From NCBI GenBank assembly GCA_965224485.1, contig CBDCZH010000010.1, forward strand, positions 256,001 to 320,000: a stretch of DNA of 64,000 nt, given 5' to 3'. Numbering within the stretch: the first letter of the stretch is position 1; every line of letters begins with the position of its first letter. The position numbers were made by a program, and so were the translations under genes. This DNA is from Arcobacteraceae bacterium. GTDB taxonomy: Bacteria; Campylobacterota; Campylobacteria; Campylobacterales; Arcobacteraceae. Below are positions 9,698 through 19,513 of the stretch, in pieces. The notes below the pieces were generated by a model, which worked only from the letters and a program-made list of their open reading frames with translations, did no database searches and was not told the origin of the DNA.

Positions 9698-10773
9698 TGC
9701 AAAATAAAAATATACTATTAACTGGATGTGCAGGATTTATAGGTTCAAATTTTGTACCATATTTTTTAGAAAAATACTCAAATTATAATATAGTAAATTT
9801 GGATTTATTAACATATGCAGGTAATTTAGATAACCTAAAAGAGTGTGAAAATAACCCTAGATATAAGTTTATAAAAGGTGATATTTGTAACCGTAATTTA
9901 GTAGAATTTATATTTTTAGAATATGATATTACTGGTGTTATTCATTTTGCAGCAGAGAGCCATGTAGATAATAGTATAAAAAATCCAAGTGTATTTGTGG
10001 AAACAAATGTAAATGGTACATTTACGCTAATAGATGTAGCATATAAATACTGGATGAAAAATTCATTTGAATATAAAACAGCATACGAAGCTTGTAGGTT
10101 CCATCATATTTCAACTGATGAAGTATATGGAACACTCTGCGATGATCCAAAAGATTTATTTACAGAATCTACTCCCTACGCTCCTAATTCACCATATAGC
10201 GCTACAAAAGCAAGTAGTGATATGATAGTAAGAAGTTACCAAGAAACATATGGGCTTAATACCGTTATAACAAACTGTTCAAATAACTATGGTCCAAAAC
10301 AGCATGATGAGAAGTTCATACCAACTATTATAAAAAATGCCCTAAACGGAAATCCAATTCCGATATATGGAGATGGAAAAAATATAAGAGATTGGCTTTA
10401 TGTACTAGACCATTGTAAAGGAATAGATTTAGTTTACCATACAGGTAAAGAAGGAAATGTTTATAATATTGGCGGTAGAAATGAAAGAACAAATCTACAG
10501 ATAGTTGATGTTATTTGTACAATTCTTGATAAAAAAGTTCCTAGAAAAGAATATCTGCCACTAAATGGCGATAACTCCGTGCCTAAAGGCAAAGTGAGTT
10601 ATAAAAATTTAATAACCTTTGTAGATGATAGATCAGGACACGATAGGCGTTATGCAATAGATGCTAGCAAAATAGAAAGAGAGTTAGGCTGGAAAGCAGA
10701 CAATGATTTTGACACTGGAATAATGGAAACTATTGACTGGTATTTGAAATGGAGATTTTATGAAAAAAATTGA
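9697..10773 (+). CDS. rmlB: dTDP-glucose 4,6-dehydratase
   Basis: TGCAGFIGSNF, HFAAESHVD, STDEVYG, YSATK, GHDRRYA. Confidence 0.95.
   Translation: MQNKNILLTGCAGFIGSNFVPYFLEKYSNYNIVNLDLLTYAGNLDNLKECENNPRYKFIKGDICNRNLVEFIFLEYDITGVIHFAAESHVDNSIKNPSVFVETNVNGTFTLIDVAYKYWMKNSFEYKTAYEACRFHHISTDEVYGTLCDDPKDLFTESTPYAPNSPYSATKASSDMIVRSYQETYGLNTVITNCSNNYGPKQHDEKFIPTIIKNALNGNPIPIYGDGKNIRDWLYVLDHCKGIDLVYHTGKEGNVYNIGGRNERTNLQIVDVICTILDKKVPRKEYLPLNGDNSVPKGKVSYKNLITFVDDRSGHDRRYAIDASKIERELGWKADNDFDTGIMETIDWYLKWRFYEKN
10557..10602. repeat. GC-rich nested hairpins in-frame within rmlB
   Basis: GCCA-CTAAA-TGGC followed by ATAACTC..TGCC-TAAA-GGCA..GAGTTAT; encodes LPLNGDNSVPKGKVSY. Confidence 0.5.
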
Positions 10774-11311
10774 AACTAACATTGAGGGGCTGTATGTACT
10801 AGAACCTGAAGTACATAAAGATCATAGAGGGTTTTTTTTAGAGTCTTACTCTAAGTCAGATTACGAAAAACTTGGACTTGTATCTGAATATGTACAAAGT
10901 AATCATTCCTTCTCTAAACTCAAAAATACTTTTAGAGGTCTTCACTATCAGCTAAATCCATACTCTCAAACAACAATTGTAAAAGTAGTATCAGGAAGTA
11001 TTTTGGATTTTGCTGTAGATATTAGGAAAGAATCCCCTACATATGGTAATTATTATTGTACCGAATTATCGGAACAAAATTGTTCTCAAATGTATATACC
11101 AAAAGGTTTTGCACATGGGTTTTTAACACTTTCTGATAATGTACACATTATATATACTATGGATGATTATTATAATCCAGAGCTTGATAGAATCATAAAC
11201 TATCGTGATAAATTTATTAATATTGAGGAGCTTAACGATATAGATAATATTAATATAGCCAATAAAGATTTAAGTGCTCCCATGCTAAAATACGCGAATA
11301 ATAATTTTTAG
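10760..11311 (+). CDS. rmlC: dTDP-4-dehydro-6-deoxyglucose epimerase (RmlC family)
   Basis: DHRGFFLE, RGLHYQ, DIRKESPTYG, IPKGFAHGFLTL. Confidence 0.9.
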   Translation: MKKIETNIEGLYVLEPEVHKDHRGFFLESYSKSDYEKLGLVSEYVQSNHSFSKLKNTFRGLHYQLNPYSQTTIVKVVSGSILDFAVDIRKESPTYGNYYCTELSEQNCSQMYIPKGFAHGFLTLSDNVHIIYTMDDYYNPELDRIINYRDKFINIEELNDIDNINIANKDLSAPMLKYANNNF

Positions 11312-11322
11312 AGTGAGGTATT

Positions 11323-12549
11323 ATGTTGAATAAATGTTTAATATGTGAAGAGGATTTAATTAAATTTATAGATTTTGGTAAACAGCCAATAGCAAATGGC
11401 TTCTTAACTGCAGAACAGTTTAAAAATGAATATTATTTTCATATGGAAATGGCCTTTTGTCCAAAATGTAAAATGGTTCAATTAGTTGATCAGCCTGATA
11501 GATCACAAATGTTTCATGAGAATTATGCTTTTTTTTCATCAACTTCAAATTACATGAAACAACATTTTAAACAATTTGCTTCTTCAGTTATAAAGCTTCA
11601 GTCTTTAAAAAAAGATTCATTTGTTGTTGAAATTGGTTGTAATGATGGAATTATGATACAAAACTTTTTGGAGCAAGGTATTGGACATTTAGGTGTTGAA
11701 CCATCAAAAAATGTTGCAAAAGTTGCAAAATCAAAAGGTATAAATGTTACAACAGAATTTTTTGATGCAGCATTAGCAGAAAATACTATTCAAGAATATG
11801 GGAAAGCAGATGCGATAATAAGTGCAAATGTAATGTGTCATATTCCTTATGTGCACTCTATTTTTGAAGGAATTGAAAAACTATTAAAAGATGATGGTAT
11901 TTTTGTGTTTGAAGATCCTTATGCTGGAGATATTATTCAAAAAGCTTCTTTTGACCAAATTTATGACGAGCATACTTTCTTATTTTCTGTACTATCTGTT
12001 AGTTACTTAGCTAATATGCATAATCTTGAAGTAATTAATGTAGAGTATCAGATTACTCACGGTGGCTCTATGCGATATACATTGGCTCATAAAGGTAAAA
12101 AAGAAGTTTCTATAAATGTTGAAAACCAACTTCAAAAAGAAAAAGATTTAGGATTAGATTCATTATCAGCTTATGAAAAATTTACAAAAAAAGTACTTAT
12201 AGTTAAAGCTGACTTAATGAATCTATTAAATCAGTTGAAAGATGAAGGTAAAAAAGTAGTATCTTATGGTGCAACATCTAAAAGTACTACCGTTACTAAC
12301 TTTTTTGGAATAACACCTGAACATATAGGCTTTATCTGTGACACAACACCTACAAAACATAATAAGTTTTCACCAGGAGCACATATACCTGTAATACCTT
12401 ATGAAGAATTTAGAGATAGTAAGCCTGATTATGTACTTTTATTTGCATGGAATCATGCAACAGAGATTATGGAAAAAGAAAAAGAGTATATGGAAGATAA
12501 TGGTATTAAATGGATTATATATGTACCTGCTGTAAAGGTGATTTCTTAA
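11323..12549 (+). CDS. NDP-hexose C-methyltransferase (Zn-binding, class I SAM)
   Basis: CLIC...CPKC Zn site, EIGCNDG, FDQIYDEH, THGGSMR, YGATSKS, LFAWNH. Confidence 0.88.
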   Translation: MLNKCLICEEDLIKFIDFGKQPIANGFLTAEQFKNEYYFHMEMAFCPKCKMVQLVDQPDRSQMFHENYAFFSSTSNYMKQHFKQFASSVIKLQSLKKDSFVVEIGCNDGIMIQNFLEQGIGHLGVEPSKNVAKVAKSKGINVTTEFFDAALAENTIQEYGKADAIISANVMCHIPYVHSIFEGIEKLLKDDGIFVFEDPYAGDIIQKASFDQIYDEHTFLFSVLSVSYLANMHNLEVINVEYQITHGGSMRYTLAHKGKKEVSINVENQLQKEKDLGLDSLSAYEKFTKKVLIVKADLMNLLNQLKDEGKKVVSYGATSKSTTVTNFFGITPEHIGFICDTTPTKHNKFSPGAHIPVIPYEEFRDSKPDYVLLFAWNHATEIMEKEKEYMEDNGIKWIIYVPAVKVIS

Positions 12550-13642
12550 TGATACTTTGTGCTAATCCAAAAGAACAATATCTAGCACACAAAGATGAAA
12601 TAAAAAAAGCTATAGATAAGGTGCTTGATAGTGGTTGGTATATTTTAGGACAAGAAGTAAAAGAATTTGAAAATGAATTTTCTAATTTTGTGGGAACTAA
12701 ATATTCTATAGGAGTTGCTAGTGGTACAGATGCTATATTTTTGTCTTTAAAAGCATTGGATATTGGTATTGGAGATGAAGTGATTACCGTATCTCATACA
12801 GCAACAGCTACCGTTTCAGCTATAGAATCAACCGGTGCAAAAGCTGTATTTGTAGATATAGAAGAAGATTATTTCACTATAGATATCAGTAAAATTGAAG
12901 AGCTAATAACTTCTAAAACAAAAGCCATAATAGCAGTACATATATATGGACAACCATGCGATATGGATGAATTGCTAAAAATATCAAAAAAAATAATTTG
13001 TATCTTGTAGAGGATTGTGCTCAAGCAAATGGTGCAAAGTATAAGAATAAGGATGTTGGTAGTATTGGAGATTTAGGTTGTTTTAGTTTTTTTCCTACAA
13101 AAAACCTAGGTGCTATAGGAGATGGTGGTGCTATAAGTACTAATTCAAAAGATCTTTATGATAAGTTATTAATGTTACGACAATATGGATGGGATAAGAA
13201 TCGTGATAGCGAGTTTAATGGTTATAATTCAAGATTAGATGAGTTACAAGCCGCAATACTTAGAGTAAAATTAAAATATTTAAAAGAAAATACCCAGAAA
13301 CGCAATGAAATCGCAAAATTATATTCTGATGCTTTAAAAAATAGTTCTCTTATTTTACCAAAAGTTAGAGAAAACTCTCTTCATGCTTTTCATCTTTTTG
13401 TTGTTCGTTCGTCAAAACGTGATAAATTAAAAGCATATTTAAAATCTAAAAATATATTAGCAATGATCCATTATGAAAAACCTATTCATTTACAGGAAGC
13501 TTTTGCAATTGATTATGATTTAAATCATACTGTAAATATTGCTGATGAAATATTGTCTTTGCCAATGTATCCAGAACTTAAAGAAGAAGAAATTTATTTT
13601 ATAGTTGAGAAAATTAATGAATTTGGAGAATTAAATGCCTAA
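12549..13642 (+). pseudogene. DegT/DnrJ/EryC1/StrS sugar aminotransferase (FdtB-like), frameshifted at an A8 run (12986-12993)
   Basis: Two ORFs join as ...ISKKNNLYLVEDCAQ if one A is added; SFFPTKNLG PLP-lysine motif in the second half. May be a sequencing error. Confidence 0.8.
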
Positions 13643-13731
13643 TTATTTTTGGGCTTTGGTATGTAATTATAAGATTTTCGAAAAACCACTTCAAATTAAT
13701 CAAAGTGAGAATTTAGCATTTGGAAAAATTA

Positions 13732-14712
13732 ATGAATTATTTTAAAAATAAAAATATTATTATTGTAGGGGCGAGTGGATATATTGGTTCAAGTTTAGTT
13801 AATTCATTAAAAGATTTCGAATGTAAGATTATTCGTATAAGTAGAAACCCTAAAAAATTGTCTTTTTTAAAAGAAATTAGTGCTGAAATTATTGATTTGG
13901 ATTTGGATTTTAAAAGTGGACAATTCCTCTCAGAGATTAAAAAAGTAGATATAATTTTTTATTTATCATCTCAAACAAGTACTTATGTTGCAGAAAAAAA
14001 TATTATAAAAGATTATGAACAATCTGTTGTTCCAATACTAGAGTTATTGGCTGTTTGTGATAAATTAACTTCGACTCCAACTTTTATTTTTTCCAGTGCT
14101 GTTACGGTTTGTGGTTTGGTAGATAAGTTACCAGTTGATGAGACAACAGAAACTAATCCTATTACTGTATATGATATACATAAGTTATTAATTGAAAAAT
14201 ATATTAAATTTTATACTCAAAAAGGAATAATTAAAAGTTGCATTTTAAGATTATCAAATGTCTATGGACCAGGTGTAAAAAGTAGTAGTTCAGATAGAGG
14301 TATTTTGAATTTAATGATTAAAAAAGCCTTAGAGGGTGAAAATTTAACATTGTATGGTGATGGATGTTTTATAAGAGATTACATATATATTGATGATGTA
14401 ATTGATGCATTTTTACGAGCTTGCCGGTATATTGTTAATACTAATAATAAACATTATATTATTGGCAGTGGTTTAGAAAATGACATTAAAAAAGCTTTTA
14501 AACTTATTGTCAAAAAGAATAGTACAATTACTGGTAAAGATATTAAAATTAATTCAATTCCAATGCCATCTAATATGTCAAAGATAGAAAGCAGAAATTT
14601 TTTAGCTAATAATACACTTTTTTGTAATGATACAAATTGGATGGTTCAAACAACGTTAGACTGTGGAATTGAAAAAACAATGAAAAATTTTAAACTAGAT
14701 AAAGAAGGATAG
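13732..14712 (+). CDS. NAD-dependent epimerase/dehydratase (possible 4-ketoreductase)
   Basis: VGASGYIG, YDIHK, LRLSNVYGPG, RDYIYIDD. Confidence 0.8.
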   Translation: MNYFKNKNIIIVGASGYIGSSLVNSLKDFECKIIRISRNPKKLSFLKEISAEIIDLDLDFKSGQFLSEIKKVDIIFYLSSQTSTYVAEKNIIKDYEQSVVPILELLAVCDKLTSTPTFIFSSAVTVCGLVDKLPVDETTETNPITVYDIHKLLIEKYIKFYTQKGIIKSCILRLSNVYGPGVKSSSSDRGILNLMIKKALEGENLTLYGDGCFIRDYIYIDDVIDAFLRACRYIVNTNNKHYIIGSGLENDIKKAFKLIVKKNSTITGKDIKINSIPMPSNMSKIESRNFLANNTLFCNDTNWMVQTTLDCGIEKTMKNFKLDKEG

Positions 14713-14717
14713 ATTTA

Positions 14718-15623
14718 ATGGAAAAATATAATAGTAACAAATTTTGGGAAAATATCAATAAGGATATTGTTAATGAAAATAAGTTAGAAAATCTTCTTGA
14801 AAACTTTAGAAGTAGTTCAGTAAATTATAAGATCTCAATATTTAATCCAGAAACAAATGGTGTTAGATATTTAAAAACATTAATGTATAACCTTGCCTCA
14901 GCTTTGACAAATGATGAATTTGAAAAAATTAAAAGAATTAAAAATAGAAACTTTGGTCAACCTTTTAGTATTCAATACAATGGTGAAGAAATTGACCTTG
15001 ATTATATTCAATCTGTAGATGAAATATCTTTTATAGAAAAAAGTATTGACTTAAATAAAAAAAACATTCTTGAAATTGGTGCGGGATATGGAAGAACGGT
15101 ACATACTATCCTAAGTAATTATAGTGTGAGTAGTTATACTATTATTGACTTGCCAGATACTATGACAATTTCAAAAAAATATTTAAGAAAAGTACTTTCA
15201 AAAGAAAACTTTGGAAAAATTATTTTTATACCTGTTAATGAACTATCAAATAGGATACTTGATAAATATGACTTAGCTATAAATATCGATTCATTTGCAG
15301 AAATGGATGAAGAAGTTGTTTTTAACTACTTAGCTTTAATTAATCAAAAAGTAGATAACTTTTATACTAAAAATCCTGTAGGAAAATATTTAGATAAAAC
15401 ACTAGATAATCATACCCAAGGAAGTGAGATTGTTGAACAAGCACTAGAAAATGGTATTCTTAAAACAATTTTAAATATTGATTCAAATATTGACGTAGAA
15501 AATAATGTTCCAAATTTTATTGATGCTTATTCTCCAACAAAAGAATGGAAAACAATTTCAGATTCTTGGGCAAAACCATTTAGTCATTATTGGCAAGTTT
15601 TGTACTCAAAAAATAAATTATAA
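14718..15623 (+). CDS. Putative sugar O-methyltransferase
   Basis: ILEIGAGYGR SAM motif, IIDLP, INIDSFAEM. Confidence 0.7.
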   Translation: MEKYNSNKFWENINKDIVNENKLENLLENFRSSSVNYKISIFNPETNGVRYLKTLMYNLASALTNDEFEKIKRIKNRNFGQPFSIQYNGEEIDLDYIQSVDEISFIEKSIDLNKKNILEIGAGYGRTVHTILSNYSVSSYTIIDLPDTMTISKKYLRKVLSKENFGKIIFIPVNELSNRILDKYDLAINIDSFAEMDEEVVFNYLALINQKVDNFYTKNPVGKYLDKTLDNHTQGSEIVEQALENGILKTILNIDSNIDVENNVPNFIDAYSPTKEWKTISDSWAKPFSHYWQVLYSKNKL

Positions 15624-15640
15624 TATATTGGGAAATTACT

Positions 15641-16000
15641 ATGGCATATATAATTGAATTACCTTCTTTTTGTGATGAAAGAGGAAGATTAACTGTTCTT
15701 GAAAAAGTTTTACCATATGACATTAAGAGAGTCTATTATATGTACAATGTCACTTCAAAAAGAGGTGGACATAAACATAAAAAAACTATTCAAGCATTAA
15801 TTGCCTTAAGCGGGTCGTGTGAAGTATTTGTAGAAAATGTAAATAAAAAAGAAACTTTTGTTCTTGATAGTAATACTAAGTGTCTACTTGTTAATCCCGA
15901 AGACTGGCACACAATGGATAGTTTTTCTAAAGGAACAATTTTACTAGTACTTGCATCTGAATATTATGATGCAGAAGATTATATAGAGGAACGGAGTTGA
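15641..16000 (+). CDS. FdtA/QdtA-family sugar 3,4-ketoisomerase (cupin)
   Basis: DERGRLTVLE, KRVYY, RGGHKH, LLVLASEYYD. Confidence 0.88.
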   Translation: MAYIIELPSFCDERGRLTVLEKVLPYDIKRVYYMYNVTSKRGGHKHKKTIQALIALSGSCEVFVENVNKKETFVLDSNTKCLLVNPEDWHTMDSFSKGTILLVLASEYYDAEDYIEERS

Positions 16001-16001
16001 T

Positions 16002-18038
16002 ATGAAAAAAATTGTTATTACGGGGGCACTAGGCCATATAGGTTCAAAACTTATAAGAATACTTCCTTTTATATTTAAAGATTGTGAAGTTATTATGATT
16101 GATAACCTTGCGACACAGAGGTATTGTTCATTAGTTGATTTACCAAAAGAGGGAAAGTATAGATTTATTGAAGCTGATATTTTAACATCAGATTTAGAGA
16201 AGCTTTTTGAAGATGCGTTTGTAGTGATTCATTTAGCTGCCATCACAACGGCGGCAGGAAGTTTTGAAAACCTAAAAGAAATAGAAACAGTAAATTTAGA
16301 TGGAACAAAAAAAGTTGCTCTTGCTTGTGAAAAAGTTGGTTCTCGACTTATCTTTATCTCTACTGCTAGTGTATATGGTACACAAAATGAAACAGTTGAT
16401 GAAAATTGTTCAAGTGAAGAATTAAATCCACAAAGTCCTTATGCCGATTCCAAATTTAAATCAGAAGAATTTTTAGTAAATATGAAAGATAGACTTAAGT
16501 TTGTTATTCTAAGATTTGGTACTATTTTTGGATACTCTGTTGGTATGCGATTTCATACAGCAGTCAATAAATTTTGTTGGCAAGCTACAATGGGTAATCC
16601 TATTACCGTATGGGAAACAGCATATGAGCAAAAGAGACCCTATTTAGGATTAAATGATGCTATTGATGCCATGTGTTTTGTGATAGAAAAAAACATTTTT
16701 AATGCAGAAGTTTACAATGTTCTTACCCTTAATGCTACAGTCAAAGATGTGATTGATTATATAAAAAAAGAAATTACTAATGTTGAGATAGATTTTGTAA
16801 AACAAGAAATCATGAATACTGACAGTTATAGAGTTTTAAATAAAAAATTCAAAAATCTTGGATTTGAGTTTCAGGATGCACTTAGTAACTCTATAGGAGA
16901 TACAATGAACAAGCTTAGATCCTCAAATAATACAGATGAACTTTCGGATATAAAAGTAGAGGTGTTGATACCTTCGTACAATAGAACAAATTATCTTAAA
17001 AGAGCACTATCCTCTTTGGTTGTTCAAAAATACAAACATTTTAAAGTGAGTATCTTTGATGATGTTTCAAATAGTGAAACTCAAGAAGTTTTGAAAAAAT
17101 ATTCAGCTAATGATTCTAGAGTGTCTTACACTATTAATAAAAAAAATCTTGGAGTTTTTGAAAATCATTGGCACATGTTTGAACAAGCATCATTACCATA
17201 TATAGTACACCTGGCTAATGATGATATGTTATTACCCAATTTTTTTGATAAGTTGATTCCTTCAGTAAAAAAATACCCAAATATGGGAATGTATATGGGA
17301 CGCTGTGTTAGGTATAATAAAGATGAAGATTTTTTTTCAATCACACCAGAATATAATATAAAAAGTGGTGTTTATAAAGGTGAGGCAGCATTAGAACTTT
17401 TACTGGAAACATCTATGATCTGGACTTCTGGCATTATTAACAGAAAATACTTCATGGAGGCTGAAAATTATCTAAAAAAAAATGGATTACAGACAGTTGA
17501 CAATTTGGCATTTGATATGTTTGATATTAACTATATAGTTTCTAAATATGGAATTGTGGTCACAGATGAACCTGTTGCTATTTATTTTCATCATAATGAA
17601 CAAACAAGCTCAAATACTAATGAAGATGATTTTATAAAGAAATTTACTTATAGATTAGAGTCCTTTGATTTAATAAGTGATGCTAATTCATCTTTTTTAA
17701 AGAAAGTTACTGAAAAAAAGCTAAGTTATCTAGAAGGTATTATTTTAAGTTGTTTAAAATATGAACATAAAAGGGCCTTTGATTATTTTTGTGATATGTA
17801 TTTTACTTTAAATAAAGTAACTAGTGCTAGATTGAGCAGAAAAGTACCTATTAAGTTCATGAGTATATTTGCTCCATTTCTTTTTAGGACATTTTCTTTT
17901 TTTGCCAAAAGACGTATAACAAAAGGACATGCTAGTATTCAAAAAAAATCAGAAACTAGTAATATAAATATGGATTATGTAAAAAAGCATATATTTGCTG
18001 CTGAAAATTTTGAATTTAATAATAAAGGAAAAGTATGA
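16002..18038 (+). CDS. Fusion of NAD-dependent epimerase/dehydratase and GT2 glycosyltransferase
   Basis: N-terminal TGALGHIG and YADSK; from about aa 320 VLIPSYNR, FDDVS, ANDD. Confidence 0.8.
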   Translation: MKKIVITGALGHIGSKLIRILPFIFKDCEVIMIDNLATQRYCSLVDLPKEGKYRFIEADILTSDLEKLFEDAFVVIHLAAITTAAGSFENLKEIETVNLDGTKKVALACEKVGSRLIFISTASVYGTQNETVDENCSSEELNPQSPYADSKFKSEEFLVNMKDRLKFVILRFGTIFGYSVGMRFHTAVNKFCWQATMGNPITVWETAYEQKRPYLGLNDAIDAMCFVIEKNIFNAEVYNVLTLNATVKDVIDYIKKEITNVEIDFVKQEIMNTDSYRVLNKKFKNLGFEFQDALSNSIGDTMNKLRSSNNTDELSDIKVEVLIPSYNRTNYLKRALSSLVVQKYKHFKVSIFDDVSNSETQEVLKKYSANDSRVSYTINKKNLGVFENHWHMFEQASLPYIVHLANDDMLLPNFFDKLIPSVKKYPNMGMYMGRCVRYNKDEDFFSITPEYNIKSGVYKGEAALELLLETSMIWTSGIINRKYFMEAENYLKKNGLQTVDNLAFDMFDINYIVSKYGIVVTDEPVAIYFHHNEQTSSNTNEDDFIKKFTYRLESFDLISDANSSFLKKVTEKKLSYLEGIILSCLKYEHKRAFDYFCDMYFTLNKVTSARLSRKVPIKFMSIFAPFLFRTFSFFAKRRITKGHASIQKKSETSNINMDYVKKHIFAAENFEFNNKGKV

Positions 18039-19513
18039 CATTAGTAACTTTTTGCTCTGATGACAAGTATTTGTATTTATTGAGACCTTTTTTACAAAGT
18101 ATCTCTGAACAAATTGAGCAACCTAAAGTTTTTGTTATTTATTATGAGTATAGTTTAAGTAATTTATACTTTCTAGAAAGAGTTTTTCCTTTTGTTCGTT
18201 TTATAAAAGAAGATCGTAAGAGTGATAATCCCACTTACATAAATTCAGGAAGGCTTCATCACTATCTAGATATTTTAGAAACTTTAGAAAAAGACAGTGA
18301 TATAGTATATATTGACTGTGATACAATTATTTTAAAAGATTTTTCAGATATTTTTGATAAAGATTTTGATGCAGCATTTACTTATAAAGAAGATAAATTT
18401 CCTTTAAATTTTGGGGTTATTTGTGGTAGAAATAATGCATCATTTAAAGAAACAATAAAATATATTTGTGAAACGGTTGATAATATATTTTTAGATGATA
18501 ATTTACTAGCTGAGGCTACTAGATTAAGTGGTGCAGCAGATCAGCATTCTATTAATGCCTTAATCCATGCGCCAAATAAACCGCCAGCTTATGAGACGTA
18601 TACAGAAAAAGATAGAGATGGTACTTTTGGAAAAAGATATAATATAGAAATAAATGGTATAAATATTAAGATGGACTTTTTTCCTTGTACGATATACAAT
18701 GAAACTGAGTGTAAGCCTATCTCTGATGAGTTAAAAGTAATACATTATAAGAGTGGCTGGCATCCTATATTAAAAGAAATTCACAAGCCGAAATATTCTA
18801 AATATCGTTCAGAAGAAGATTGTAGAGAAATGTTTAATTATTGGGCAAGTTTTAATAATAAAGCAGTTGAGAGTTACTTCAGTTTTATTTTTAGTGGAAT
18901 GGATGAGTCTGTAGCTAAATTGATAAAAAATAAATGCGAAACATCATTAACTGAAAATAAAATTAATATTTTAGTAATACTAGCTATGTGTAAAAAATTA
19001 GACATTAAATCTATTGTTATTATGAGTAAAAGAGAAAAATATTTACAAGAAATTATATTGAGTTACACAGATAATATTACAATATTGACTTCAAAGGATA
19101 TTATAAAAAACAATAGTCTTGTATTGATTGATGACATGGGAATTTACAAAAGTTCACGTATCATAAAAAATAATTTTATAGTCAATAAAAATATATTACT
19201 TAATATTGTTATATCTACTTCAGATGTCAGTACTAGTAAATCTTTTATAAATAATTTTATTTTAATGAAAACTTTAAATATCTCAGAATTTTCTAAATAC
19301 TTTGATGAAATATTTTTTGAGAATGAAGGCCTAGCAGCTTCTACTCTTCTAAAAGAGAATCTTTCTTTTATATTACCAGATGGTAATAATGAAAAATTTA
19401 ATTTTATGGAATCATCAAAATTGGCAAAAGTTTTAAGGGTTTTAAGTAGAATTTGTAAAGGCACTTGTGGAAAAATATTACAAAATTCTGATAAAAAAAG
19501 GCCAGTAAAATGA
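18035..19513 (+). CDS. Putative GT-A glycosyltransferase with C-terminal domain of unknown function
   Basis: VYIDCD (DxD), NFGV, ADQHSIN, VIHYK. Confidence 0.55.
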   Translation: MTLVTFCSDDKYLYLLRPFLQSISEQIEQPKVFVIYYEYSLSNLYFLERVFPFVRFIKEDRKSDNPTYINSGRLHHYLDILETLEKDSDIVYIDCDTIILKDFSDIFDKDFDAAFTYKEDKFPLNFGVICGRNNASFKETIKYICETVDNIFLDDNLLAEATRLSGAADQHSINALIHAPNKPPAYETYTEKDRDGTFGKRYNIEINGINIKMDFFPCTIYNETECKPISDELKVIHYKSGWHPILKEIHKPKYSKYRSEEDCREMFNYWASFNNKAVESYFSFIFSGMDESVAKLIKNKCETSLTENKINILVILAMCKKLDIKSIVIMSKREKYLQEIILSYTDNITILTSKDIIKNNSLVLIDDMGIYKSSRIIKNNFIVNKNILLNIVISTSDVSTSKSFINNFILMKTLNISEFSKYFDEIFFENEGLAASTLLKENLSFILPDGNNEKFNFMESSKLAKVLRVLSRICKGTCGKILQNSDKKRPVK

